Shown in pieces: positions 23,001-34,000 of a DNA stretch of 64,000 nucleotides. The stretch covers positions 496,001 through 560,000 of the forward strand of contig NIVC01000237.1 of assembly GCA_002269645.1 (NCBI GenBank), given 5' to 3'. Position 1 is the first letter of the stretch. Each line of letters starts with the position of its first letter. Below the pieces are notes generated by a model that saw nothing but the letters and a program-made list of their open reading frames with translations, had not been told where the DNA came from and made no database searches. Source of the DNA: Macrostomum lignano (taxonomy: Eukaryota). Position numbers and translations under genes: made by a program.

Positions 23001-26000
23001 AGCCAGACACTATTATGAGTCACACAGCCAGACACTATGAGTCACACAGCCAGACACTATGAGTCACACAGCCAAACACTATGAGTCACACAGCCAAACA
23101 CTATGAGCAACACAGTCAGACATTATGAGTCACACGTTAGACACCATGACGTCAGACACTACACACTCAGACACCCCGGACAGAGGGCAGAGTCGCGCAT
23201 CAGACAAAGAGCCACGTCCCGGACACGCAGAGTCGCGCATCAGACAAAGAGCCACATCCCGGACACGCAGAGTCGCGCATCAGACAAAGAGCCACATCCC
23301 GGACACGCAGAGTCGCGCATCAGACAAAGAGCCACATCCCGGACACGCAGAGTCGCGCATCAGACAAAGAGCCACATCCCGGACACGCAGAGTCGCGCAT
23401 CAGACAAAGAGCCACATCCCGGACACGCAGAGTCGCGCATCAGACAAAGAGCCACATCCCGGACACGCAGAGTCGCGCATCAGACAAAGAGCCACATCCC
23501 GGACACGCAGAGTCGCGCATCAGACAAAGAGCCACATCCCGGACACGCAGAGTCGCACTAAAAAACCCACCAACGCCATTGAGGCCATGCAGGTGCCGGG
23601 ACAGCGCGGAGTGCAGCTCGTGCATGGGGATCCGGTGCGAGCACTGGCACAGCGACAGCACGAACACGTCGCACCAGCAGTGGCCGAGCTGCTCGCTGAC
23701 CGGGGCGGCCTCTCGCAGCCGGCGCCTGTCGTGCACCCAGCGGATCATGCGGAACAGCACCGAGGAGGCGACGTCGCGCACGTACTGGATGCTGACCGAC
23801 TGCGGCGCGGCGAACGGCGGCAAATCAAAGTCGAGGGACTCGGCATCCAGCAGGTGGCTGAAGCTGCCGAGATCCTGCCGGCGTCATGGATTGGCGGGGA
23901 GTCTTAAGCTGATCAACACCATGACCTGACTGGCTGGTTCCTATGATTCCCCATGACCTGACTGGCTGGTTCCTATGATTCCCCATGACCTGACTGGCTG
24001 GTTCCTATGATTCCCCATGACCTGACTGGCTGGTTCCTATGATTCCCCATGACCTGACTGGCTGGTTCCCGTGATTCCCCATGACCTTGGCCTGGCTGAT
24101 TCCCGTGATTTTCCATGACCTTGGCTTGGCTGATTCCTGTGACTCTTAAGCTGATGTTGAATTTAAATTCCCAATGACCTGTCATGACTGGCTTGACAAA
24201 AATAAGTCCTTTGCCCGACAATAAGAAGTCCTTGACTCACCTGTTGCTCGTCAAGTCCAGGCTCGCAGTCTTCAATCCCGTTGGCCTCCTCGTGGTTCAT
24301 GGACGGCGGTGCCTCGGATTCAGCGTTGACGTCGTCGGAATGGTCAACGGCGCAGACGGCGTCGGCATCCGATGGCAGCGGCTCGGTCTTGACGGCCGCA
24401 TCGAAGCCGCCGTCCAGGTCGTCGCTGTCGGCCGCTCCGTTCGACTGTTCGCCGTTGCTGCTGCTGTTATTGTTGTTGTTGTTGCTATGGCAACCGTTGC
24501 CATTAAAAATGCCAAATTCGACGACTCCGCCACCTCCGCCGCCGCCGAGACCAGAGAGGGAGGCGGCGGCGGAGGTCGGCGGTATCGGCGAGGCCCGTCT
24601 GGCAGCAGCCTGTGCCTGCTGTGCCTGCTGCTGCTGCTGCTGCTGCTGGTTCGGCTTGCGCTCGTTTTGCACCGCCTCGGAGCGCATCCCGGTTGAGATG
24701 CACTTCTGCAGGCGGCAGAACTGGCAGCGGTTCCTGTACGCCTTGTTCACCAGGCACTGCTTGCCGCTGCGGCAGGCGTAATTCACTTTGCGCCGAATCG
24801 ACCGCTTGAAGAAGCCTTTGCAGCCCTCGCAGCTCACCACGCCGTAATGCCGGCCGGAGGCGCGGTCGCCGCACACTCGGCAGACTTCGAAAGCGGCCGA
24901 ACTGCTGGCGTTGCTGCCCGGAGACGGCTTCGAGTGAGGGTCGGCCTGCTGCTGCTGCTGTGGCGGCTCAACTGATGCCGTCGGCTGCTCTATCGAGGTG
25001 AGCTGCGAATGTCCGATTTCCCGTAGATCATTTTATGAGGGGCTGAGAACGTCTGGCTCTTGCGCCGCTGCCCCCGGCCCTGATTTTGATTCTGTACTGC
25101 CGCGAGGGCCAATCTCCAAATTGTACAAAAACTGCTTGACGAAGAGAGAGTCAGGACCTCTGTACACCCCGTGTGAGTCCTTGGGGGTCAGCGAAATGGA
25201 CAAACTCCTCGCTGGCTGGGTCGATCTGCTCAGTTACCTACCAGCCTGCCTACCTACCTACCTGCCTACCAGCCTGCCTACCTACCTGCCTACCAGCCTG
25301 CCTACCTACCTACCTGCCTACCTACCTGCCTACCTACCTGCCTACCAGCCTGCCTACCTGACTACCTACCTGCCGACCTACCTGTCTACTACCTGAATAC
25401 CTGCCTACCTATCTGACTACCTACGCCACCTGCCTCTAATTGCCTACTTTACCTGTCTACCTACACTAACTAACTAACTAGTAATAAGATCAACAGTTTT
25501 CCGAAAAAAATTAAGCTTAAGCCGGCTCACCTTCTCAGTCAGCGCCAAGTTGAGCATCATTCCAGGCGGCTTTTTATTCAGCCCGTTCGAGACGCCGCCT
25601 CCGTCGCTTTTGCCGGTAGCTGAGTCTGCCGCATCGCCGCCGCCCTGCTGGAATTGTCTGTCAGCAGCGGTAGACGGACGAATTTCGGCGGCAGACTCGC
25701 GCAGCTTGGTTTTTGCAGCCTCTAATAGGCCGTTCAAACCGAGGCTGGCACTGGTGCTTTGATTGAAGGCGGCGAATGAGGCGGCACCGCTGACTGGGTG
25801 GCTGTTTGCCGTCTACAAAACATTGTGCATTTTTAACTATTTTTGGGAAAATTTTCAAAAAATTGCTTGCATAAAAATGAAAACGCTACTGTCAGTAGAC
25901 AACACGGGTTTATGTGTCTGGTTTATTAAGGGTTTAAATACTCTACAATGCTTGTCGGGGATGTAGCTCAGAGGTAGAGCGTTCGCTTCGCATGTGAAAG

Positions 26001-29000
26001 GTCTCGGGTTCGAACCCCGACTTCTCCACCGCTAAATTTTTTGGAAGATTTAAATGCATACAAATTATTAGAATCATTAGAATTTTCATGCCAAGGAAAA
26101 AACTCCAGATTATCCACCTATACTAATTCATATAAGTGTCTACAAATCATACGATTCATACAATTCACAATTCCACAATCAGGCATTAGTTACGCTGAAA
26201 GGTCAAACAAGACAGACAGACGGACTGTCCGTAAAACTTGCAAGTCACGATTTAAGGGTCTACGAACTAAGGTGGCCACTTATAGACGGGTTGCAACGGG
26301 AAGCCTTTGGAATTCTTATCTCTCTTCCGGGTGGGCTGCGCGTTTTTTTGGACTAAGCCTTCGCGCTTGAAGCTGACCTTAGCTATGCCTTTAACCCCGT
26401 AGTTACCGTTGGCATTGAATGAATCGGCCCTATGAAGTAAGCTGAGGCTCCCCGAGTTTTTTTAGAAACCTTAGAAGCCTAATATCAATATATTCATGAC
26501 GCCTGTGATAGATAATGCATTGATAAAAAGCTGTACGAATTGCGATCTGAATTGGCATTTAGATTTATTACAATTGATAAATCTTTTTTGCGATACAAAA
26601 TTGCTGAATCTGAGTCTGGGACACGCGAGTTTGGGAAAAGAAATCCGGTGGGGAAAAGAATATATGAAGTTACTACATTGACGTATTCATTTTCCACGCG
26701 ATAAAAACAAGCGAAAATTTAATTGCCTAAAGTTGCCGATATGTTGCGAAACAAATTTAACAGGGCAGTATTTTTCATTAGCAATGAGCTAAATTGCCCT
26801 TACAATGTAATTTAAGTAATGGCCCCCAGTCTAATTTGGTTTTTGGAAAACATTTTAAGCCCCAATTTCTCAGGTAAACACTGTTCTGAGCCCCAATTCC
26901 TCAGGTAAACACTGTTCTGAGCCCCAATTCCTCAGGTAAACACTGTTCCTAATCCCTCTTAGGAACGCCTTGCTCAGGACCAAACCCGCTTAGCTTCATA
27001 ACATCCCACTTCAGTTTAAAATTACCTCAACAATCAAGAGGCATTTCGACCCGAAAGCAGCAGTTCAAAGGTCACTAGGAGGTCTACAAAGAAGCTGTGC
27101 TTCTCCATCAATTCTATCGGATTAAGAAGACTGCCCATAGGGTCAGCCCGCCTGGCGAGATGGAATGGAATGCGGTGCTAGGGATCCGTCTGCCCTCCCG
27201 TCCATGCATATACGCCGAACTAATACTTGATAGGTCGGGTTGGGGAAAAAATAGACCGATCCCAATCCATCCCGATGAAGACGGTCAGTCCATTTGGATT
27301 GGGGGAAGGGATACAGGAAGAAATTTGCACTGTGTGTGTAAGCTGACCCCAGCTGGAATCCTGACTGCCGGCCAAGGGGGGGGGGCGGGCACGGGGGCGG
27401 GTGATGAAGCCCACAGGCCCCGGGAGGGATTAAGAGGGAGGGATAGGGCGGGTGGGGGTGAACACAGCGGCACTGGGAGGGCCGGGGAAGGAGCAGGAAG
27501 GGCACGCCAGGAGACGGGAGGGAGCGGCCTCGGTGCGTTTGCACTTTTAGGGGGCATGCGGGGGTAGCAGGGGAGGAGAGGAGGGGAAGAGCTTGGAATA
27601 GGCCTTTCTACTCATGTATAATGCTCATAGTTCCCTACTGAGCGACGCGAGGAGTGAGGGAGGGAGGGGTTGGGAACTGGCTGAGACAGGGGAGGACTCG
27701 GCCAGCTCAGACCCAGAGTTGAACCCCTTACCTACGCTGCAGTAGTTCTGTTCTGAGGCGTATATCAGTTGCCTTAGGTTTGAAATCTAAGGTCGGGTGG
27801 GGTGTTGGGTCTGAGTTAGAGCCGGCAGGGCCTGAGCTCAGCCTAAGAGAGGCTAGAGGGGAGGCAGCAGGGGGCAGGGGTTTCCTGGAAAAGGGCGAGA
27901 GGACGGGCATGGCGAGATTGAGGACTTTAGGACTGAGAGGAGAAGGCGAAGGCGGGTTGACGAGGAGGTCGAATGGGCGATGGAGAGGAAGAGATTTGGA
28001 ATCTGCGGCAGTGAGGGAGGCTGGGATGTGATGAGGTCAGACTGAGCCTTCCAGGTTGCACTTGAAGCGGCCGCTCACGTTGTGGCGGCTTGGGCCAGTG
28101 TTTACAGTGCAGTGAGCACCGCTGGCAGTCTGTAGAGTTAGTGGGTCCGTCGCTCTTCCAAGTCATCCCGACAGAACCCAGCGACCATATTGAATATATA
28201 GGAGAGGGAATCAAACTCCCCACTGACAGGAGAGGGGATCAAATTCCCCACTGACAGGAGAGGGGATCAAATTCCCCACTGACAGGAGAGGGGATCAAAT
28301 TCCCCACTGACAGGAGAGGGGATCAAATTCCCCCTGATAGGAGAGGGGATCAAATTCCCCTGATAGGAGAGGGGATCAAACTCCCCCCCCCCCCCGACAG
28401 GAGAGGGGATCAAATTCCCCCTGATAGGAGAGGGGATCAAATTCCCCCTGATAGCAGAGGGGATCAAATTCCCCCTGACAGGAGAGGGGATCAAATTCCC
28501 TCTGACAGGAGAGGGGATCAAACTCCCCACTGACAGGAGAGGGGATCAAACTCCCCACTGACAGGAGAGGGGATCAAACTCTCCCGATAGGAGAGGGGAT
28601 CATAGCTAACTACTAGAAGCTGCCACTAAAAGTACCATTGCTCAAGCTCGCATAGAGAACACAGCGCACCGGCTCTGCCCCTCCATTTCCCGTCCAAGCT
28701 AAAGCCTTAAAATCCCATTTACTGCGCGCATTATTCGAGCCTAGCACAATGACTTCTTGCCCTTGCAGTGTATTTCTATACCTATATGTAAAGTTATACT
28801 GCAAAAACAACGCTTGGCTATTGTGACGGGAAGGGGGTCCCGTTTTGAGTCCGACACAGAGACATACTACTGGGGTTGAAAAGACGCGTGCATAACTGAA
28901 AGTAAAGATATTTCAGCAGTCAGCGCATGTCGATGCGGGTGAGCGAGTGCGTTGATAAACCCTAAGCCAAAAGCAAAAGCAAAAATTTGCAGGGTAAGTA

Positions 29001-30334
29001 CAGAAGTCGAACACAGACTGCAGTGCAGAGTTCAGTTTTTTTATGTAGCATTTTGGGATTTGGAAAATTTGAGAGCTCAGGGGAATTGACGCAGATTTGC
29101 TAATATTGACAATTGATCAGAAGCTGCCTGGGTTCGAATTCGCTGAGAAATAAACATCTTTAGTAAATGGGCAGGTATATTCCTGATTTAAATAGACACT
29201 TAAGCGGCAGATATTTGAGCAAGGGAGCGGGTATCGCCGAATCTGAGTGAAGGGGCGGATATCTGAGTGAAGGGGGCGGATATCTGAGTGAAGGGGGCGG
29301 ATATCTGAGTGAAGGGGGCGGATATCTGAGTGAAGGGGGCGGATATCTGAGTGAAGGGGCGGATATCTGAGTGAAGGGGGCGGATATCTGAGTGAAGGGG
29401 GCGGATATCTGAGTGAAGGGGCGGATATCTGAGTGACGGGGCGGATATCTGAGTGAAGGGGGCGGATATCTGAGTGAAGGGTCGGATATCTGAGTGAAGG
29501 GGCGGATATCTGAGTGAAGGGGCGGATATCTGAGTGAAGGGGGCGGATATCTGAGTGAAGGGGGCGGATATCTGAGTGAAGGGGGCGGATATCTGAGTGA
29601 AGGGGCGGATATCTGAGTGAAGGGGGCGGATATCTGAGTGAAGGGGGCGGATATCTGAGTGAATCGACGGATAACTGAGGGAAGGGAGTCTGATTGAAGG
29701 GGGGAGTCTGAGTGAAGAGGGTGGATATTTGAGTGAAAGGGGTGGATATCTGAGTGAATTGGGTGGAAATCTACTGAAAGAGTGGATATCTGAGAAAAAG
29801 GGGCGGATGACTGAGTGAAGGGGGCGGATAACTGAGTGAAGGGGCGGATATCCGAGAAAAGAGCGGATATCTAATAAAAAAGGCGGATATCTGAGTGAGG
29901 GGGCGGATAACTGAGTCAAGGGGGTGGATAACTGAATGACGGGGCGGATATCTGAGTGACGGGGCGGATATCCAAGAGAAGGGGGTGGATATCTGAGTGA
30001 GGGGGCGGATAACTGAGTGAGGGGGCGGATATCCAAGAGAAGGGGGCGGATATCTGAGTGAGGGGGCGGATAACTGAGTGAGGGGGCGGATATCCAAGAG
30101 AAGGGGGCGGATATCTGAGTGAGGGGGCGGATAACTGAGTAAAGGGGGCGGATATCCAAGAGAAGGGGGCGGATATCTGAGTGACGGGGGGCGTATCCCA
30201 GACAAAGCAGCATGCCTCAGCGCAACTCACCGCGGTCACTGACGGGAAGCTGGCAGAAATGTCTTGCCGATTTGCCGAAGCAGCGGCCGCCGCCGCCGCC
30301 GCCGCAGCCATGGCAGACATCTGCTGATGACTGA

Positions 30335-30366
<32 letters not shown>

Positions 30367-30605
30367 TGCCCAGTCAAAGCAGTCGCACCAAGCACTAGCA
30401 GATGCTGCTGCTGCTGGGGCGCCAGCGACAGGCAGCCCTGAGTGCGGGCAGCCAGAGCCGCAGCGGCTGTAGTGGGCAGCAGGAAGCCCGCAGCTGATGC
30501 GCTGCTAATGCTGCCAGCGGCGCCAGCCACCGCGGCTGAAGAGCCGGAGGACGACGCCGCCGTCTTGATGTCGACGAGTCCGGAGCCTGTCGGCCCGTTG
30601 CTCAT
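20053..30605 (-). CDS. Orphan nuclear receptor, TR2/TR4 (NR2C)/HR78 type, 7 coding exons, ~791 aa
   Basis: Exons 30605-30231, 25812-25531, 25002-24241, 23874-23571, 22765-22628, 21608-21408, 20366-20053 (2376 nt, phases compatible). [34 protein letters not shown]...[12 protein letters not shown]...[11 protein letters not shown] motifs [43 protein letters not shown] match TR2/TR4. Confidence 0.92.
20418..21290. repeat. 23-bp minisatellite (gatcttcatgacctggggaatct)
   Basis: Read directly; last intron of the nuclear receptor gene. Confidence 0.95.
21690..22570. repeat. 22-bp minisatellite with a 44-bp dimeric block at its left end
   Basis: gaattcccctgtcatcccacct monomer; 44-bp spacing at 21704/21748. 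Confidence 0.95.
22810..23140. repeat. 22-bp minisatellite (actatgagtcacacagccagac)
   Basis: Read directly. Confidence 0.95.
23175..23557. repeat. 40-bp near-perfect minisatellite (ggacacgcagagtcgcgcatcagacaaagagccacatccc)
   Basis: Read directly. Confidence 0.95.
23920..24190. repeat. 32-bp minisatellite (catgacctgactggctggttcctatgattccc)
   Basis: Read directly. Confidence 0.9.
25225..25460. repeat. Degenerate (CCTA/CCTG)n microsatellite
   Basis: Read directly. Confidence 0.9.
25957..26028 (+). tRNA. tRNA-Ala (anticodon CGC), antisense within a nuclear receptor intron
   Basis: 72-nt cloverleaf: GGGGATG/CTTCTCC acceptor stem with the G3:U70 Ala determinant, anticodon arm TTCGC-TTCGCAT-GTGAA, T arm TCGGG-TTCGAAC-CCCGA, oligo-T shortly downstream. 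One U:U mismatch in the acceptor stem. Confidence 0.9.
28205..28600. repeat. ~27-28-bp minisatellite (gacaggagaggggatcaaattccccact)
   Basis: Read directly. Confidence 0.92.
29243..30190. repeat. 21-22-bp minisatellite (ggggcggatatctgagtgaag)
   Basis: Read directly. Confidence 0.95.
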
Positions 30606-30671
30606 TTGTGGTCGGCGGCGGCAACGGCCTGCGGCGGCAGAGTGCCAGTAGGTCATTTCGTTGCCGGGGAG

Positions 30672-31025
30672 GTGAGATAGAGCAGTGAGATAGAGCAGTG
30701 AGATAAAGCGGTGAGATAGAACGGTGAGATAGAAAGGTGAGATAGATCGGTGAGATAGAACAGTGAGATAGAACAGTGAGATAGAACAGTGTGATAGAGC
30801 AGTGAGATAGAACAGTGAGATAGAACAGTGAGATAGAGCAGTGAGATAGAGCAGTGAGATAGAACAGTGAGATAGAACAGTGAAATAGAACGGTGAGATA
30901 GAGCAGTGAGATAGAACAGTGAGATAGAGCAGTGAGATAGAATAGTGAGACAAATCGGTGAGATAGAACAGTGAGATAGAACAGTGAGATAGAACAGTGA
31001 GATAGAATAGTGAGATAGATCGGTG
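30672..31025. repeat. 13-bp minisatellite (agtgagatagaac)
   Basis: Read directly; just upstream of the acceptor at 30629. Confidence 0.95.
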
Positions 31026-34000
31026 AGAAGGCGCGGTTTCAGTGCAGCTGCACTCAGTTGAAATGATTTTATTTAAGAACTTGGCAGGGCTGGCAGCCCC
31101 ATAACAGCACACAGACAAGGCCCAAGACAGCCATGCAGGCAGACAGCCAGACAGCCCGATTCCGGAAGAAATATAAATCAAATAGCTTTGTTCGCGGGCT
31201 CCACGGCTGGTCAAATGGCTGCTGGGGGGGAGAAGTCCTGCTGCCACTCCAAGCGCAGTTTTATTTTCAAGACTTCAGTTCGCAGGGAAGGACGGGGCCT
31301 GACTGGGCTGGACACAGCCGGAAAGTCTTTATTTGGGTCACTCGGGTCAAGAGGGACGTGGCGGTAAACAAACACGAAAACAAAGACACTGGCAAATTCT
31401 GAGGGGGGGCTGGGCGTAAACACCGTTAAAGACACCTTCAAACTTAAAAAAACTTATTAACAGATTTTCAGCTTTCATTTATCTTTGCTTATCGGTTTTT
31501 GGTGTTTAAATGATGTTTTAGGGCTGTTTAACAATGTACTTTTTGTTTGAAACGTTTTATGTTTAAGCACTGGATTGGAAAGCAAATCTTACTGTTTATT
31601 CCTTCCAATTTCGGAATCTAGTCTGGAGGGTCAAGGGGGCCCGGGGGCAGTTGACCTGGACCCGTCTCTAGAGTCCTAGACTGGATGTTGACCCTTGATG
31701 CGATGAATAATAAGCAGGAATATGGTACAAAGCTCGCGATCCTTACCAGCTTTGACGATCCGCTTCAAGCTTGTAGATTCGAGTCCGGTCGGCGGTCACC
31801 ACTAGGTCGGCCAAGCCTCTCGGTGGTGCAAAGGTGAGGCGGTTGCTTAGTTGCCGGAGTAGTGCCGCCCCGGACTGCGGACGGTTTTGAATTGAAAGAG
31901 AATTTTTCAGGGGGGGTATCGGGGAGGGTCGCTTGTTGAGGTCCCGGAGGCCAAAAATGGATCCTGTCCGAATCTAAGTGGCGGGCAGGAGGAAAAAGGG
32001 AGGCCCGCGAAGGCTCGGGAGACGACTGGGGAAGAGTAAAGAGGAGAGAAATTGGGTAAAAGGGCGAGGTTTGGAAAACGGGGGAGGTCGCGGCGGTCGG
32101 GAAGAGGCGATTCAGACGAGAGAGACGAGGGAGAAAAATGCAACGGTGCTTGTCTTGCGCTGCGCTGTATGGCGTTTTCCCCAGACCGCCGCCCCGGGTC
32201 TCCCTTTCTTGCCTTTCCCTGCATTCTTTAAAAGGGCACGCAAGGAGGTCGCGGGGTTGGGCTGAATTGGAGTGGGGGGGGAGGGCAAGGTTGTTTGTGG
32301 TGAGCGCTGTGAGATTGGAGGAGGCCGGTGGGGTCGGGGCGGGGGTCTGGGGGGTTGGTCCAGCCCCGCCACCCCTTTTTCACTTTGCGCGACACGCGAA
32401 ACCAAAGCCAACCACCCCCAATGCCCGCCAGCACAACACACAGGGGGCGCCAACGGTCAAAGCATAACCCACCACCCCATCAGTCCAGTTCAGCCCGCTG
32501 TCTGGTTTGGGGGTTTGGCCTGGCCCGGCTAAACTAACGGGACTGGGGCTAAGAGACCTCCTCAAAAGGATTGGATTGGAAATTGTCCGCTGGGAGGCTC
32601 AGGTTGAGGTGGGGGCCGGGCCAGGCCGGGGGTTTACAGAGTGGCAGAAAGGCTAAATTGAAAGGTCTGGATCAGGTTAGACGGAATTAATCATGATTCC
32701 TGTCCTTGTTCTGTTCTGTGTTATGCACTGGCTAATGTACATTGTTACTCAAACAGGATTAGGGCTTCCTGCTAATAGCCTGTCGATTTGCAATAATAAT
32801 AACTGCGGTCGGATTAGCGGAGCAAAGCAAAGCTAATCCCAAACAAAGCAAAGAAGCAACAGAGCTAATCAGAAGATATTAACAGGCCAATAATAATAAT
32901 AAAGGTTGAAGCAAAAATCGAATGACTGGTACACAGCCGCCCTTTGAGATTTGGAGAATTAGAATAGGTCGTCTTGGGAGCAGCCAGGAAGCAGCTTTGT
33001 TAAAAAAGCAAACAGAATCAAGAATTCAAAATGACAGACAGCAGCAACATTTCAGTCTCATTCTGCTTCTCCCGGTCTCGCCTTGCCTGATGAGGGTGGC
33101 AGCCCCGTCCCCCGCCCCAGCACACCTGTGGGGCTGACCCAGGCACCCGGCCTGTTTTTACAGTTTCAAGCCTTTTTAGTAGGACTTAGTTGTAACAGCT
33201 TGACCCCAGAATACCCCGACGAAAGACAAGGCCCTTGTACGTTGGCTGCTGCTTTTTGTGCTCTCCGCAACCTCAGTTGACCCTGTCCCTGTCAAGCAGC
33301 AGCAGACACCTTGCTTTGGCAAAGTACAAGCCTAACCCTAACCTGTACTGTACCCGACTACCCGTGTCTACTAGTAGTCCATAATATATAGCCAATGGCT
33401 CGAAATTGAAAACTTACGAGCATACAAAAATTCAAATACCTTTTAATCGAAATTCCTTTTTATCGATCTATTCTTTCGATCAGTTCATTAACTTAATTTA
33501 TTGCGTTTGGTTCCCACACCGGCGCAAGTTCACAAATTTATATAAAGGACTGTGACTGTTATCTGCTAGGGCCCAAACTATCGACCCTGTATAAGTAGTA
33601 AATTACCTATGCCCAATCCACTAAATTAAAAGGTTGAATTAATTACTCCTTCGTCGGGTTCTTCTAAACCCACGATTGCACTAAATTTCGTATTGGCTTT
33701 GCAAGCGTCGCCTCGTGTTTTTTTAGGGTCAGGTTGTGTGCGAGTTTTTTGCGGTTACGTCCTACTCCAAACTTGTGGTCAAGCGACTCAAGCCTGGATA
33801 GCTTAATTAATGGGTCAAATATACGGGGTGGGGTCTAGCGTGACTGTGCTTGCCGCCCCGGCCCAGTGATGTGATGTACATGAAATGGGGTGGTGTGGTT
33901 TGACTTGACCTCAGGCTGGCTATTGCCATCAACCCCCCTGCGTGAATTCTCCAAATTAACCCCCGCCAAACCCTACCCCCGCAAGGCTGAAAACTGAAAA

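Noticed and set aside
19897-25762. Plus-strand ORFs opposite the nuclear receptor exons
   Set aside because: Antisense shadows of GC-rich, low-complexity exons.
29115-29150. B-box-like GGTTCGAATTC
   Set aside because: No A box or cloverleaf, and no similarity to the SINE body.
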